From a virus, in the IMG/VR virus record IMGVR_UViG_3300031746_000002, positions 32,001 through 96,000 of that record: DNA of 64,000 bases; one strand, 5' to 3'. The notes below the pieces were generated by a model. That model saw only the letters and a list, made by a program, of their open reading frames with translations, did not search any database and was not told where the DNA came from. A program made the translations under genes and the position numbers. The stretch's first letter is position 1. The number at the start of each line of letters is the position of its first letter. Below, piece by piece: positions 1 to 9,844 of this stretch.

Positions 1-272
1 GTTAATGATTATTTTACTCGAAAAAAGGAGAAAAAGAATGAAGTGTAATCACAAATGGTTGTATCTTATTTTCGGAAACAGACTTTGCAAGCGCTGTCCT
101 ATGAGTTTAACATTATTCATGCCAGTACCGGATAAAGATGGAGTAAAGCAAGAAACAAAACCTGAAACAAAATGTATAGCACAATGGATGCCAATACTTC
201 TTACAGAAACTACAGCAGCAATCAATTCACTTGTTAAAATCGCATTAGAAAAGAAATGAGGGGTTATTAATT

Positions 273-989
273 ATGAAGAAAACAATTCTTGTAGACCCGG
301 GACACGGTCTATATTATAGTACTGCGAAAAAAGTATATGTTTTTCAACGACAAGAAATAAATGGTGTTATTGAAGATTTGCTTACAATTGAAACAGGAAG
401 TGTTTTAATTCAAAAGCTATTATTAGCGGGATACAATGTTTTATGTACTCGCCATTATGCATTAAAAACAGTAATGAGCAAGGAAACAAAGAAACCTGAA
501 TATTTTGATGGAGCGTATCTTTTTCTTTCAGAAGATTTGCCAAAGAAAATACCTATTGATTTTAAATTAAATGATATGCATGATGATAATTATAAAAAGG
601 ATGTTAACTGTAGATTTATATATGCTAATAAAATTAATAAAACGAATCCTATTAGTTTACTTCTTTCGATTCATTATAACGCAGGTGATCCATCTACTAA
701 TGGAACAGAGGTGTGGTATCAGCACGGACATGAAAATAGAAAAAAGTTTGCAACATTACTTTCAAATATGACAGCTAGGGCATGTGGATTTAAAAATCGA
801 GGAGCAAAAGGTGAAGATCTTGCATATGCTGCATTAAGAGTTCCCGATTGCTTATCGGTTATTTGGGAAATAGGATTTTTCACCTCTGTTTCAGATTCAT
901 TTAAGATGAAACAAAATGGATTTTATGAAAGGGTAGCGCAAGCTGCAGTTGATTCAATTATATTTGCAGATAAAAATGGATTATTATAA
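273..989 (+). CDS. N-acetylmuramoyl-L-alanine amidase (Amidase_3), probable endolysin
   Basis: ILVDPGHG, SIHYNA and VIWEIGF zinc-amidase motifs. Confidence 0.9.
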   Translation: MKKTILVDPGHGLYYSTAKKVYVFQRQEINGVIEDLLTIETGSVLIQKLLLAGYNVLCTRHYALKTVMSKETKKPEYFDGAYLFLSEDLPKKIPIDFKLNDMHDDNYKKDVNCRFIYANKINKTNPISLLLSIHYNAGDPSTNGTEVWYQHGHENRKKFATLLSNMTARACGFKNRGAKGEDLAYAALRVPDCLSVIWEIGFFTSVSDSFKMKQNGFYERVAQAAVDSIIFADKNGLL

Positions 990-999
990 GGAGGAATAA

Positions 1000-1671
1000 A
1001 TGCCACCACTTCAAAAAACTGTAAATTTGATTATGCCAAACATTGAATTAAAAAAGGGTATGATACCAATGTATAAATCGAATGAGCGAACTCCGTTCTA
1101 TTATAGTATTGTTGGAAAATTAACTGCAAAACTTGATCCAAAAATTTGCGCAGATAATTTTACTGATCATAGAATTGGCTATGATCATTGTGGATTAATA
1201 GATAAAGAACCATTATATATGCTTCATGAGCATCCACCAAAAGCATCTAGAGACGAACTCAGTCAACTTTTTTGGCAACGAAATATGTTAAATCAGCACG
1301 ATATCGAAATATGGGAATATAATGATGTTTTACCAGATTCAACAATAGATAAAATAATTGCAGAATTTTGGAATCTTGCAGAATTGCGTTGGGATGATAA
1401 GCAGAAAAAATTTGTAGGTTTAAAATATAACTGGCCTGCAATATTTTTATCACCATTTGCATTGATTGGACTTGGTGTAAAAACAAATGCAATGCATTGT
1501 GCAGAGTCTGTTTTTGAATCGTGGAAACATGAAGATATTATTCTTTCAAAACAAGGTCCAAAAGATTGTTTAGTATGTCCCAATGAAATCATAAATTGTG
1601 GTTTATTTAAAAGAGTTTACACAATTAAAATGATTAGCAAAACGAACAAAATAATTATTACATATGCATAA
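1000..1671 (+). CDS. Permuted papain-like amidase (YiiX/NlpC-P60 permuted family)
   Basis: His (YDHCGL) precedes KYNW and the catalytic Cys (MHCAESV), the permuted order. Confidence 0.65.
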   Translation: MPPLQKTVNLIMPNIELKKGMIPMYKSNERTPFYYSIVGKLTAKLDPKICADNFTDHRIGYDHCGLIDKEPLYMLHEHPPKASRDELSQLFWQRNMLNQHDIEIWEYNDVLPDSTIDKIIAEFWNLAELRWDDKQKKFVGLKYNWPAIFLSPFALIGLGVKTNAMHCAESVFESWKHEDIILSKQGPKDCLVCPNEIINCGLFKRVYTIKMISKTNKIIITYA

Positions 1672-1675
1672 CTTA

Positions 1676-1744
1676 GGGGTCAGTTTCTTATCTCAATGAA
1701 ATGGGGTATTACGACATAAAGTATCGTAAAAAGAAACTGACCTC
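1676..1744. other. Branched stem-loop after the lysis genes
   Basis: GGGGTCAGTTTCTT...AAGAAACTGACCTC outer stem enclosing two small hairpins. Confidence 0.55.
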
Positions 1745-1990
1745 GCGTGTTCTTTAAATAGTCTATTAGTTATCATAATCTATAGTTTCAGGCTTCGTTC
1801 TGCTCATTTATAATGGTTCTGTAATAGATATTCATATCTGCCTTAAAAATGACACAAATAAGCTTATCTATATAATAAAGGAAAAGCATATGGACAACGG
1901 TGATGTTGTAGCAATTATAGCATTTATAATCATTGCAATTTTAGTAATGATTGAGGATAGTATTCGCAGTAATAAAAATGATAAATTATA

Positions 1991-2035
1991 AATTATTATG
2001 TTTACGTTTTCACCGAAATATAGTATAATATAACT
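1991..2035 (+). promoter_or_regulatory. Early sigma70-type promoter, copy 1
   Basis: TTTACG(2001)-N17-TATAAT(2024); about 40 bp nearly identical to the copies at 4874 and 61531. Confidence 0.85.
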
Positions 2036-2065
2036 AAGGAAACAGAACAAAGGAGAAAACGAAAA

Positions 2066-2410
2066 ATGATAAATGAAATCTTCTTAGAAAAAGCAAGGAA
2101 GTTAATCACTGCAAAATTAACAGAAGCAACTAAGGAATTAGGATGCCTTCCTCCTGAAATAGGTACCATTCGTTATTCCGCAGATAAGTTCAGATTTAAA
2201 GTTGAAATCTTTGAAGGCCCATCAGCTCAAAATGATACTCATGGAGCAACAGTTACTGTAATTGACCATGACCAAAAATTCAGGCTTCCAAAAATTGGAA
2301 TTTGTAGTTTGATAAAAATCAACAGAACAAAAGCAGTCATTCAATGTGATGCAACGAAGAAACGATATCTCCTTAGAATTAGCGCAATGGAAAAGTACGC
2401 TATAAAATAA
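2066..2410 (+). CDS. Hypothetical early protein
   Basis: ORF with AAGGAG RBS directly after the early promoter. Confidence 0.7.
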   Translation: MINEIFLEKARKLITAKLTEATKELGCLPPEIGTIRYSADKFRFKVEIFEGPSAQNDTHGATVTVIDHDQKFRLPKIGICSLIKINRTKAVIQCDATKKRYLLRISAMEKYAIK

Positions 2411-2428
2411 AGGAAAAGGAGAACAAAC

Positions 2429-2899
2429 ATGAAAGTGGTGAACAAAACAAATCTCGACACAAACCGCCTCAGAAATCTTTTCACTGAAACAAAAGGTAAT
2501 GTCAAATCTAGCGGATTATTGGTAATCGTTTATAACTGTAATCGATTAGCGCATGGTATGGCTTGGAATGTTAGGTCTTTCAGAATGAACCATAAGCAGA
2601 ATTATATAAAATGTAATGATGCTATCGAACTATGGATTAATACTGCAAGACAATATCCTATAACGACCATTTTAAGATCAAGAGATGGTTATAAATCATT
2701 TATGTGTATTGATCCTTATAATTTGATTACTCTCATTTTTCTACATGAAATTGGGCACGTTAAGGATTATCAAAAAGGTAAATCATCAAAATATAGACAA
2801 ACACATTGTGATGAATATGCTATAAAACAAGCAGAAAAATATGGGATAGCATGGGAAACAAGTAGATTAGTTCCTGTTATAATAAAGGAAAAGGAATAA
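2429..2899 (+). CDS. Putative HExxH zinc metalloprotease-like protein
   Basis: FLHEIGH motif; RBS. Confidence 0.55.
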   Translation: MKVVNKTNLDTNRLRNLFTETKGNVKSSGLLVIVYNCNRLAHGMAWNVRSFRMNHKQNYIKCNDAIELWINTARQYPITTILRSRDGYKSFMCIDPYNLITLIFLHEIGHVKDYQKGKSSKYRQTHCDEYAIKQAEKYGIAWETSRLVPVIIKEKE

Positions 2900-2988
2900 T
2901 ATGAAACTTAAAGATTTGATTTGTATTGGAATAGCAGTTATTTTAGGACAGTGGTTAGTTCAATTAATTTTAAATAAAGGAGGAAACA

Positions 2989-3900
2989 ATGGATTTAACA
3001 CAATTAAAGAATTATGCAGAAACAACAAGGGATATACCAAAAGAAATAAATGCACAGCAGATGATGGCTGAACTTGCATCAGCAGTAAATATTCCTGAAA
3101 AGCATAGCAGGAAATATAGAATTGAACACGAGATAATAAAGCAAGGAACTCCTGTTACTCTTATTAGTATGCGTAATGCTATTTTGATGGGATATAAATC
3201 ACTCAATATTATTTTTGATACTGATTTAAAAATTCATAAATTAAAATCAAAAGATGGTGGGCTTCTTATGAGTGACCATCCACAGGAAATATTCCTTGCC
3301 CATGAAGGATTAAAAGCTGCACATGGAGTAGTTCTCATGGGTGGTTTAGGATTAGGCTATGCAGCAACGAAGCTTGCACAAAGGAAAGATATTTCAAGGA
3401 TATACGTAATTGAAATTGATAAAGAAATAATCAAGCTAATTAAACCACATTTGGGACCAAAGATAACAGTAATAAATGAAAGTATCTATACATTCTTACG
3501 ATGCTATAATTACAAAGTTGATTATGTCTTTTTAGATACATGGTACCAGACTGGTGAAAGTACATATTGGGACACTGTATTTCCTTTAAGAATATTAGCA
3601 AGAAAAAGATTTGTTAAATCTGAAAAGGATATATTCTGCTGGGGAGAAGAAGAGATGTTAGGACAGGTAAAAACATCAATGTGTCATGTACTCAGCGGTG
3701 ATTTGAAACCCTGGAATAAAGCATTGTATGCAGTTCATGTTGCAATCATACGTAAATTAACTAAATCAGATGGATTAAGAGACATACCAACTGTTGTTAA
3801 TAAATTCTTCACAGATGTTGGTTCAAAGGAATGGGAGAAGGAATGGCATTTTTCTAAGTGTCTTAAAATTGCTGATAAAAACTATAAGGAGCAAAAATGA
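2989..3900 (+). CDS. Class I SAM-dependent methyltransferase / spermidine synthase-like protein
   Basis: VLMGGLGLG, YVIEIDKEII and DYVFLDTW motifs. Confidence 0.75.
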   Translation: MDLTQLKNYAETTRDIPKEINAQQMMAELASAVNIPEKHSRKYRIEHEIIKQGTPVTLISMRNAILMGYKSLNIIFDTDLKIHKLKSKDGGLLMSDHPQEIFLAHEGLKAAHGVVLMGGLGLGYAATKLAQRKDISRIYVIEIDKEIIKLIKPHLGPKITVINESIYTFLRCYNYKVDYVFLDTWYQTGESTYWDTVFPLRILARKRFVKSEKDIFCWGEEEMLGQVKTSMCHVLSGDLKPWNKALYAVHVAIIRKLTKSDGLRDIPTVVNKFFTDVGSKEWEKEWHFSKCLKIADKNYKEQK

Positions 3901-4163
3901 ATTTAGTAACTCGTGTAGAAAGAAATGAAAACAATAAACCTTTATCTTGTGATGTAACTTATAATGGGGTTACTATTACTTTTGCTATAGTTAAGAATGG
4001 CGAGATAAGAGATATAGGCAGAAGTTGTAGCTCAAACATACTTTATGACTATGATCAATTCAGAGTATCAAAAATAGTTTATTATAAAATGTTGAAACAA
4101 GCAATGGGAATATTAAAAGGGAAGGTTAAGCATAATGAAACAACACAAACAATTACCAAATAA
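3897..4163 (+). CDS. Hypothetical protein
   Basis: ATGA-coupled ORF with RBS. Confidence 0.6.
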   Translation: MNLVTRVERNENNKPLSCDVTYNGVTITFAIVKNGEIRDIGRSCSSNILYDYDQFRVSKIVYYKMLKQAMGILKGKVKHNETTQTITK

Positions 4164-4321
4164 TCCTTATCATATTACAGATAAGAAATCAAAGAAACAT
4201 TATTGGATAAAAACTCATTGTAGTACTTGTGGTATTCATAAAGAATTAAATACTAGTTGGCAATTTGAAATATGTTATAGGTCTTGTATACAAAGGAATT
4301 ATATACCTTAAGGAGGAAACA

Positions 4322-4534
4322 GTGAAAAAAATTCTAGATGCAACTTGGTTTACTGCTGGAAGCAATTGTATTGGTATTGTTATTATCCAAGACTTAATAA
4401 CAAAAGAAAAGAAAGCATATATTGGATTAGGTAAAGGTCTTGACGAAGGCGAAGATGCAACTGAAATCACAAGTAAAGGTAATCAATTACCATTGGAAAT
4501 ATTACAAGAAATTTGTGCTAAATTAAAAGTATAA
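4322..4534 (+). CDS. Hypothetical protein (GTG start inferred)
   Basis: AGGAGG RBS before in-frame GTG at 4322. Confidence 0.6.
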   Translation: MKKILDATWFTAGSNCIGIVIIQDLITKEKKAYIGLGKGLDEGEDATEITSKGNQLPLEILQEICAKLKV

Positions 4535-4539
4535 TATAT

Positions 4540-4611
4540 TTAGCCTGTGGGTTTTCAGAAGCTTAGTTCACCACTTTCCTTCTGATGAAAGTTTTCCAGC
4601 CCACAGGCTAA
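4540..4611 (+). ncRNA. Putative antisense hairpin sRNA A
   Basis: Stem TAGCCTGTGGG/CCCACAGGCTA, inner stem TCAGAAG/CTTCTGA, 17-nt loop complementary to AAAGTGGTGAA sites in early genes; TATAAT at 4530. Confidence 0.55.
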
Positions 4612-4628
4612 CCTTAAAGGATAAGACA

Positions 4629-4856
4629 ATGAATAATTTACCTGATGGATATGCAGAATTCATAGATAATGTAATGCAACATTTAATGGACCGTGATTAT
4701 AAAATTGTAAAAGTTATTACAATACCAGTTTTTGGGCAAATAATGCAAGTCAATGTTTGCGAAGTAGTTGGTGGAAAAGATGATGGATTAATTTTCGGTA
4801 AAGCTCAGGGTACTAATATTGCAATATTATTGGATAAGAAAGAATATGAAAGATAA
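4629..4856 (+). CDS. Hypothetical protein
   Basis: ORF with AAGGA RBS. Confidence 0.6.
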   Translation: MNNLPDGYAEFIDNVMQHLMDRDYKIVKVITIPVFGQIMQVNVCEVVGGKDDGLIFGKAQGTNIAILLDKKEYER

Positions 4857-4873
4857 CAGGTGTAAAATAAATG

Positions 4874-4918
4874 AATTATTATGTTTACGTTTTCACCGAA
4901 ATATAGTATAATATAATT
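4874..4918 (+). promoter_or_regulatory. Early sigma70-type promoter, copy 2
   Basis: TTTACG(4884)-N17-TATAAT(4907); repeat of copy 1. Confidence 0.85.
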
Positions 4919-4961
4919 AAGGAAAAGGAAACAAGGATAAATCGAAACAAAGGAGGAAGGT

Positions 4962-5966
4962 ATGGAAAACCCCAAAGTGGTGAAACTCCTAACATCAGAT
5001 GAAGTTAGGAGCAGGTTAGTAAGTGATACAAAAGGAGAAGCAGTAGAAACAATTACAATGAAAGAGTTTGAATTTGTTGATGAAGCAAAGGATGACATAA
5101 CAATTCTTTCATTAAGGAAAAAAAGATTTGAAGTTGAACCAGATGCACTCGAATCAATCTTCAGGCATGTTGGAGTACCTACCAATTTCTTTTTACGCTG
5201 CAGTAAATCAACGAAGCAGAGTATCTCAAAACAATTCCTTGAAACAAATCCAAAAGAAGTACAGGTGCTTTATGGAGAAAATAGGATTAAAAATATTTTC
5301 TCAACAAAAACACCTTATGTTCCTACACTTGAAGTATTTGATGCAGCCCAAAAATCTGTAGGGAAATCGATGATTGAAACTTACACGCAGAGTAAAGGTA
5401 AGTTCATAATCAACTGGATAACTGAATATGCATCACATCCAGTGAAAGCAGTAAATGACATTTCAAAAGCTGGCATTACAATTGAAATAGGAAAACCAAA
5501 CGTACATTTCGATTTCGGGATTTGTGTAGGTGGTTTCATTTTCCGGCTGATATGTACTAATGGAATGATAACATCAAGGAACGAAATCACACAGGTCAAA
5601 GGTAGTTCAAAGGAAGAAATACTTACTAATATTAAAGGATTAGTAAGTGAGTCCTATGAAGCAGTTACAAAAAAAGAATTGCCAAGATTTGTTCATATGG
5701 CAACTGTACCAATCGACGATCCCGCTAATGCAGTTCACCAGCTGGCAAGGCAGAACCATATTCCAAGAGGTCATATAAAAACATTGCTTGACAGAGTACC
5801 ATCACTCGGGCAGAAGCCCACAATGTATGGAGTTATAAATCTGATAACTTCATATGCAAAAGAAATTCCGGATTATTACCAGAGAAGGAAAGTTCAATCA
5901 TTGGGCGGCGAAGTATTAAGAACTCAGCACAAATGCCCGACATGTCTCCATACTCTGGCATCATAA
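4962..5966 (+). CDS. DUF932-like phage protein
   Basis: GFIFRLICTNGMI motif and TMYGVINLITSYA helix. Confidence 0.65.
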   Translation: MENPKVVKLLTSDEVRSRLVSDTKGEAVETITMKEFEFVDEAKDDITILSLRKKRFEVEPDALESIFRHVGVPTNFFLRCSKSTKQSISKQFLETNPKEVQVLYGENRIKNIFSTKTPYVPTLEVFDAAQKSVGKSMIETYTQSKGKFIINWITEYASHPVKAVNDISKAGITIEIGKPNVHFDFGICVGGFIFRLICTNGMITSRNEITQVKGSSKEEILTNIKGLVSESYEAVTKKELPRFVHMATVPIDDPANAVHQLARQNHIPRGHIKTLLDRVPSLGQKPTMYGVINLITSYAKEIPDYYQRRKVQSLGGEVLRTQHKCPTCLHTLAS

Positions 5967-6028
5967 TCCGAAACAGGGAGTTAATCACTCCCTGTCTACT
6001 GGGGATAATCTCCCAGTACTGATGAGGA
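5967..6028 (+). ncRNA. Hammerhead ribozyme, type II; predicted cleavage after C5996
   Basis: TCC-GAAA-[CAGGGAGT/ACTCCCTG]-TC-[TACTGGG/CCCAGTA]-CTGATGA-GGA: full catalytic core and three stems. Confidence 0.9.
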
Positions 6029-6035
6029 AGATAAA

Positions 6036-6272
6036 ATGAAAATAGATTACATCAAAAAAGAAAATAAAATTATAACTCAGATAGACATACTTCATAAAGG
6101 TATATTATACAGCTTTATGAATAATGAAGGCAGAGCTATTGAAATTAGTAGACGAACTAAAGGTAAATGTAAATCACCGAATTATGAACCTGGAATTGCT
6201 AAAGGATATTATGTTGATATAATAGAACTTGCTAATAAAGCTATTATGAAAAGTTTAAAGAAAAAGGCTTAA
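6036..6272 (+). CDS. Hypothetical protein
   Basis: ORF whose RBS overlaps the ribozyme 3' end. Confidence 0.6.
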   Translation: MKIDYIKKENKIITQIDILHKGILYSFMNNEGRAIEISRRTKGKCKSPNYEPGIAKGYYVDIIELANKAIMKSLKKKA

Positions 6273-6294
6273 TAATATATAAAGGTATAAAGCA

Positions 6295-8103
6295 ATGAAT
6301 AAGAAAGCATTACAAAATCAAAAACAAAAGCAAGAAATACTTGAAGAACTTGCTAAACACAATATCAATATATCTATTGGTGATACTATATTAACTAGTG
6401 ATGGAGACCTTTATGTAATTGATAAAATAGATAAAGAAGGTATTCATTTAAAAAATCGTTTAGAAGATGACCCTGAACAAAGCCATTATGGAACTATAAA
6501 TGTAAAGGATTTTATAAGCAGAGATTATATCAAGCTGGATAAACCTATAGAAGAGTTTGAAAAAGAACTAGCTAATAATTTTTTAAATCTAGATAAATAT
6601 GAAGAAGACAAAACTGAAAGCACTTCAACTGAAATAGCTGTGAAAAGTTCAAAAGCTCAATTGGTTAATTTGAAAAATTCTTTGGAAGATAAAAAAAGAA
6701 ACATAATGATTTTAGAAAGAATACTTTATGCTAAACGAAACTATATGCAAAGTATAGTTCATGATTTAGAAGAAAAAGTTGAAAAAATATATAAAGTCTT
6801 AGACATCATTGAATTGTATCTTGGCATTTATGAAACAATTATTCAAATACAAAAAGGACCTAAAGCAAAGGATAGTGACCCAATAACATTTCGCCAAGCA
6901 GTATTATTTATGGATGAAGAAGTTGGTGACCCAGAAGATCAAGGTTTAGATTTTAAAAAGATAGAACAGTTTGATGATTGGTTATTAAAAAATTATAAGA
7001 AAATACTTACAGAAGAAAAATGTGTTGTTGTTATGAAACCACGAAGACATGATAAAGATTATGGTGGAAATTGGTATGAAAATTTTATTATGAATAGAGA
7101 AAATCATAGAACATATTTTTTGATTAGGAATGGAATGAATTTTTATAGGATAGACTCTAATATTCATGTTGATAAGTTATTTTTTCCAGGCAAAGATGAA
7201 ATGGAAGAAATATATAAAATAGCTAATGAAGATTTTGGCCATGACAAGGATGAAGCAGAAGATATAATATTAAGCTATAAACGTAATGCATTAATGATGC
7301 AAGGTTTAATTGATAGGACTGAAATATTTCACCCATTGCCTCATTACATTAATATATTCGATCAAAAGACTTATAAAAAAGCAATTCAATTTGTGAGAGA
7401 TGGGGAAACATGTTTACCTGATGGACATAAATCATTTAAAGACTGGAAAGAAGCATTAAATTCAAAAATAAAAATAGGTTCAAGGATTGTATTTTCTGGT
7501 TTTGGACATGGTGAGTTTAGTACTTATGAAAGCAGTCATTATGCTAATCAAGCAAAATATTATCATAGGTTTCCTTGTGTACCAGAAAATATGCCAGAAC
7601 GAGGAATTTATACAGTAGAATTATATTATACATCAAACAGCAGATATAGTGAAGGTAAAGAAATGTTGTTATGTAAATATGCCCAAGGTGGTGAAAGACG
7701 AATTGGTTGGGGTTATGAAGCAATTGAAAGAAAAAATAGGACATCATTTTATTTATATCGAAATGACTATTGCGTGTTTAACTATGATATGTTAGAATTA
7801 GATGATATCGAATTTTATATAAACAGCAGGATTGATAGGGAAAATTATCGTGAGAATATTCCTTTATTATGGGAAATTAAAAAACAACGGTTAAAAGAAC
7901 TTGAATGGGAAAAAGGATTTGTAGAACATTTGAAATTGGAAATTGATTACGATAATAAAAAGGAATTAGAAAAAATAATATGGGACTGTATTACTTGGTG
8001 GAAAAATAAAGTTATTTGGAAACGTCCCATAATGAAAGATGATGCGAAAGCATTGAGAATGATTAAAGGAAGAATAAATAGAATTATAAGGGAGAAAAAA
8101 TGA
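6295..8103 (+). CDS. Hypothetical coiled-coil phage protein
   Basis: 602-aa ORF behind a GCTTAATAAT motif. Confidence 0.7.
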   Translation: MNKKALQNQKQKQEILEELAKHNINISIGDTILTSDGDLYVIDKIDKEGIHLKNRLEDDPEQSHYGTINVKDFISRDYIKLDKPIEEFEKELANNFLNLDKYEEDKTESTSTEIAVKSSKAQLVNLKNSLEDKKRNIMILERILYAKRNYMQSIVHDLEEKVEKIYKVLDIIELYLGIYETIIQIQKGPKAKDSDPITFRQAVLFMDEEVGDPEDQGLDFKKIEQFDDWLLKNYKKILTEEKCVVVMKPRRHDKDYGGNWYENFIMNRENHRTYFLIRNGMNFYRIDSNIHVDKLFFPGKDEMEEIYKIANEDFGHDKDEAEDIILSYKRNALMMQGLIDRTEIFHPLPHYINIFDQKTYKKAIQFVRDGETCLPDGHKSFKDWKEALNSKIKIGSRIVFSGFGHGEFSTYESSHYANQAKYYHRFPCVPENMPERGIYTVELYYTSNSRYSEGKEMLLCKYAQGGERRIGWGYEAIERKNRTSFYLYRNDYCVFNYDMLELDDIEFYINSRIDRENYRENIPLLWEIKKQRLKELEWEKGFVEHLKLEIDYDNKKELEKIIWDCITWWKNKVIWKRPIMKDDAKALRMIKGRINRIIREKK

Positions 8104-8295
8104 AAAGAATAGAAAAATTAATGCTGAAATATGGAACGGTATGTATACAAAATACTGGAACAAGAACAGAGATATATATCATGCTTGGTGATATGATTGA
8201 GTCTCCAGGTTGTAAATTAATTAGTACAGGTATAACATTGAAACATGCGTTAAAAAATATAGACAATAAAGATTTGAAAGCAATGAGGAGAAAAA

Positions 8296-9096
8296 ATGAT
8301 AAATGATAAAACAAAGCTTTTGAAATTCTGTGTAGCTGGATATCGTGGTAAAGTTGGTTCATACATACTTAATGGACTTATAAAATATCTACCAACTGCA
8401 GTGAATATTTATTGTTTTGATACTGGAGACACTGCAGAAGATATATATAAAAGGATAAAGGACTCTGATATTATTTTTAATTGTATATCATTTGAAGAAA
8501 CATTAAATTTTTTAGAATTTCATAAAGAAGATTTAAAAAATAAAATAGTCATTGATCAATCATCTTGGAAAACAGATGTGTTCAATTGGAATATGAAAAA
8601 TAAAGATATCCGCATTGAATACATGCATATATTGTTCGACCCATCAAGAACACCAAAAGAAGATAGGCACATACTTTTGTTTACATCTGTAGATTTAAAA
8701 ATGAACAGATATTATGAAATAGATGGTTTTGATTTAAATGATTTTTGTAAAAAGGGATTAGAAAGTGATTATATGTTTTTCAATGAACCAACATTCAGAG
8801 CAAATAAAGAACAAAGGGAAACTGATCACCATTGTAATCCAAATATTTGTTTGCTTCGTAGAATAATAAAAGAACATGATGAAACAATAGCATATCAACA
8901 ACCTATGTTATATGATGCACTTAATAAAGTTATAAAGGATTATGAAAAGAAATTTCATCGCGACCAGTATGATTATGAAACTAGAAATTTTAAAAAGCTA
9001 AGAGAACTTGTTGATAGGATAAATACAATGAGTCCCACACTGAAACAAGGATTATATAAAAATCCATTCTATAAAAAACTAAAGGAGACAAAATGA
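8296..9096 (+). CDS. Divergent prephenate dehydrogenase (TyrA)-like protein
   Basis: VAGYRGKVG Rossmann loop, VIDQSSWK, HILFDP (cf. HPMFGP), HDETIAYQQ. Confidence 0.6.
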   Translation: MINDKTKLLKFCVAGYRGKVGSYILNGLIKYLPTAVNIYCFDTGDTAEDIYKRIKDSDIIFNCISFEETLNFLEFHKEDLKNKIVIDQSSWKTDVFNWNMKNKDIRIEYMHILFDPSRTPKEDRHILLFTSVDLKMNRYYEIDGFDLNDFCKKGLESDYMFFNEPTFRANKEQRETDHHCNPNICLLRRIIKEHDETIAYQQPMLYDALNKVIKDYEKKFHRDQYDYETRNFKKLRELVDRINTMSPTLKQGLYKNPFYKKLKETK

Positions 9097-9431
9097 AAAC
9101 ACAAATTTTAGTAGGTAAAGCAGAAGTCAATGGCAGGTTTTATAAGGTTAAAGTAAAAAAGACTATTGACGAAGAGAAGTTTACATTACGTAAGATGAGT
9201 AAAGAAAGATTTGATAAGATAGTTGCTACATATGAAAAAGGACAAGCTGCAGCTGAGAAATATTTTGCAGAGCAAAGGGCTGCAATGGAATATAGGAAGC
9301 AAAAACCAGTGACACCAGCTGAGGTTATTAAAAGTGATGCTGTAGAAAAAATTGCAGAAATAAAAACACTGAAACTGAGTATTTGGGCTAGAATAATGCA
9401 GTTCATTAAAAAGCTATTGGGGAAGAAGTAA
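9093..9431 (+). CDS. Hypothetical protein
   Basis: ORF with RBS. Confidence 0.6.
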   Translation: MKTQILVGKAEVNGRFYKVKVKKTIDEEKFTLRKMSKERFDKIVATYEKGQAAAEKYFAEQRAAMEYRKQKPVTPAEVIKSDAVEKIAEIKTLKLSIWARIMQFIKKLLGKK

Positions 9432-9550
9432 TCTGAACAATTTGTTTCAAAGGGCTTAATAATTAAGATAGTATGGTATAACCTATACCTTTATGGTTAT
9501 AATTGAGCCAGCGAAGCCCAGCTATCACAGATTTAGTCCAGGGAGGACAA

Positions 9551-9844
9551 ATGGCAGACAAAAAGGGAATTCAAGGGGAATTAGCAGTACTTAGCGAAAG
9601 TGAATTTAGAGGTAACCAAAACTGTAAAGTAGTCGTTGTAAAGGAATATAAAGGTAAAGCATATTGTCATATCAGAAATTTTTATAAAAATTCTGATAAA
9701 GACGAATGGGGTTTTGGTAAAGGGATTTCTCTTGATGCATTTGAACTTAACTCATTGCTTCAAAGTAAAGCATTGGAAACTGCTTTGGAAAAATTAAATA
9801 AATTTGAGAGAACTTCTAAAAAAGGAAATACTAGTTTAGATTAA
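9551..9844 (+). CDS. PC4/YdbC-like ssDNA-binding protein
   Basis: KEYKGKAYCHIRNFY...KGISL; GGAGG RBS before ATG 9551. Confidence 0.8.
   Translation: MADKKGIQGELAVLSESEFRGNQNCKVVVVKEYKGKAYCHIRNFYKNSDKDEWGFGKGISLDAFELNSLLQSKALETALEKLNKFERTSKKGNTSLD

Noticed and set aside
4582-4600. CTGATGAAA in hairpin A read as a hammerhead core
   Set aside because: No stem II between CTGATGA and GAAA; CTGA is paired in the inner stem
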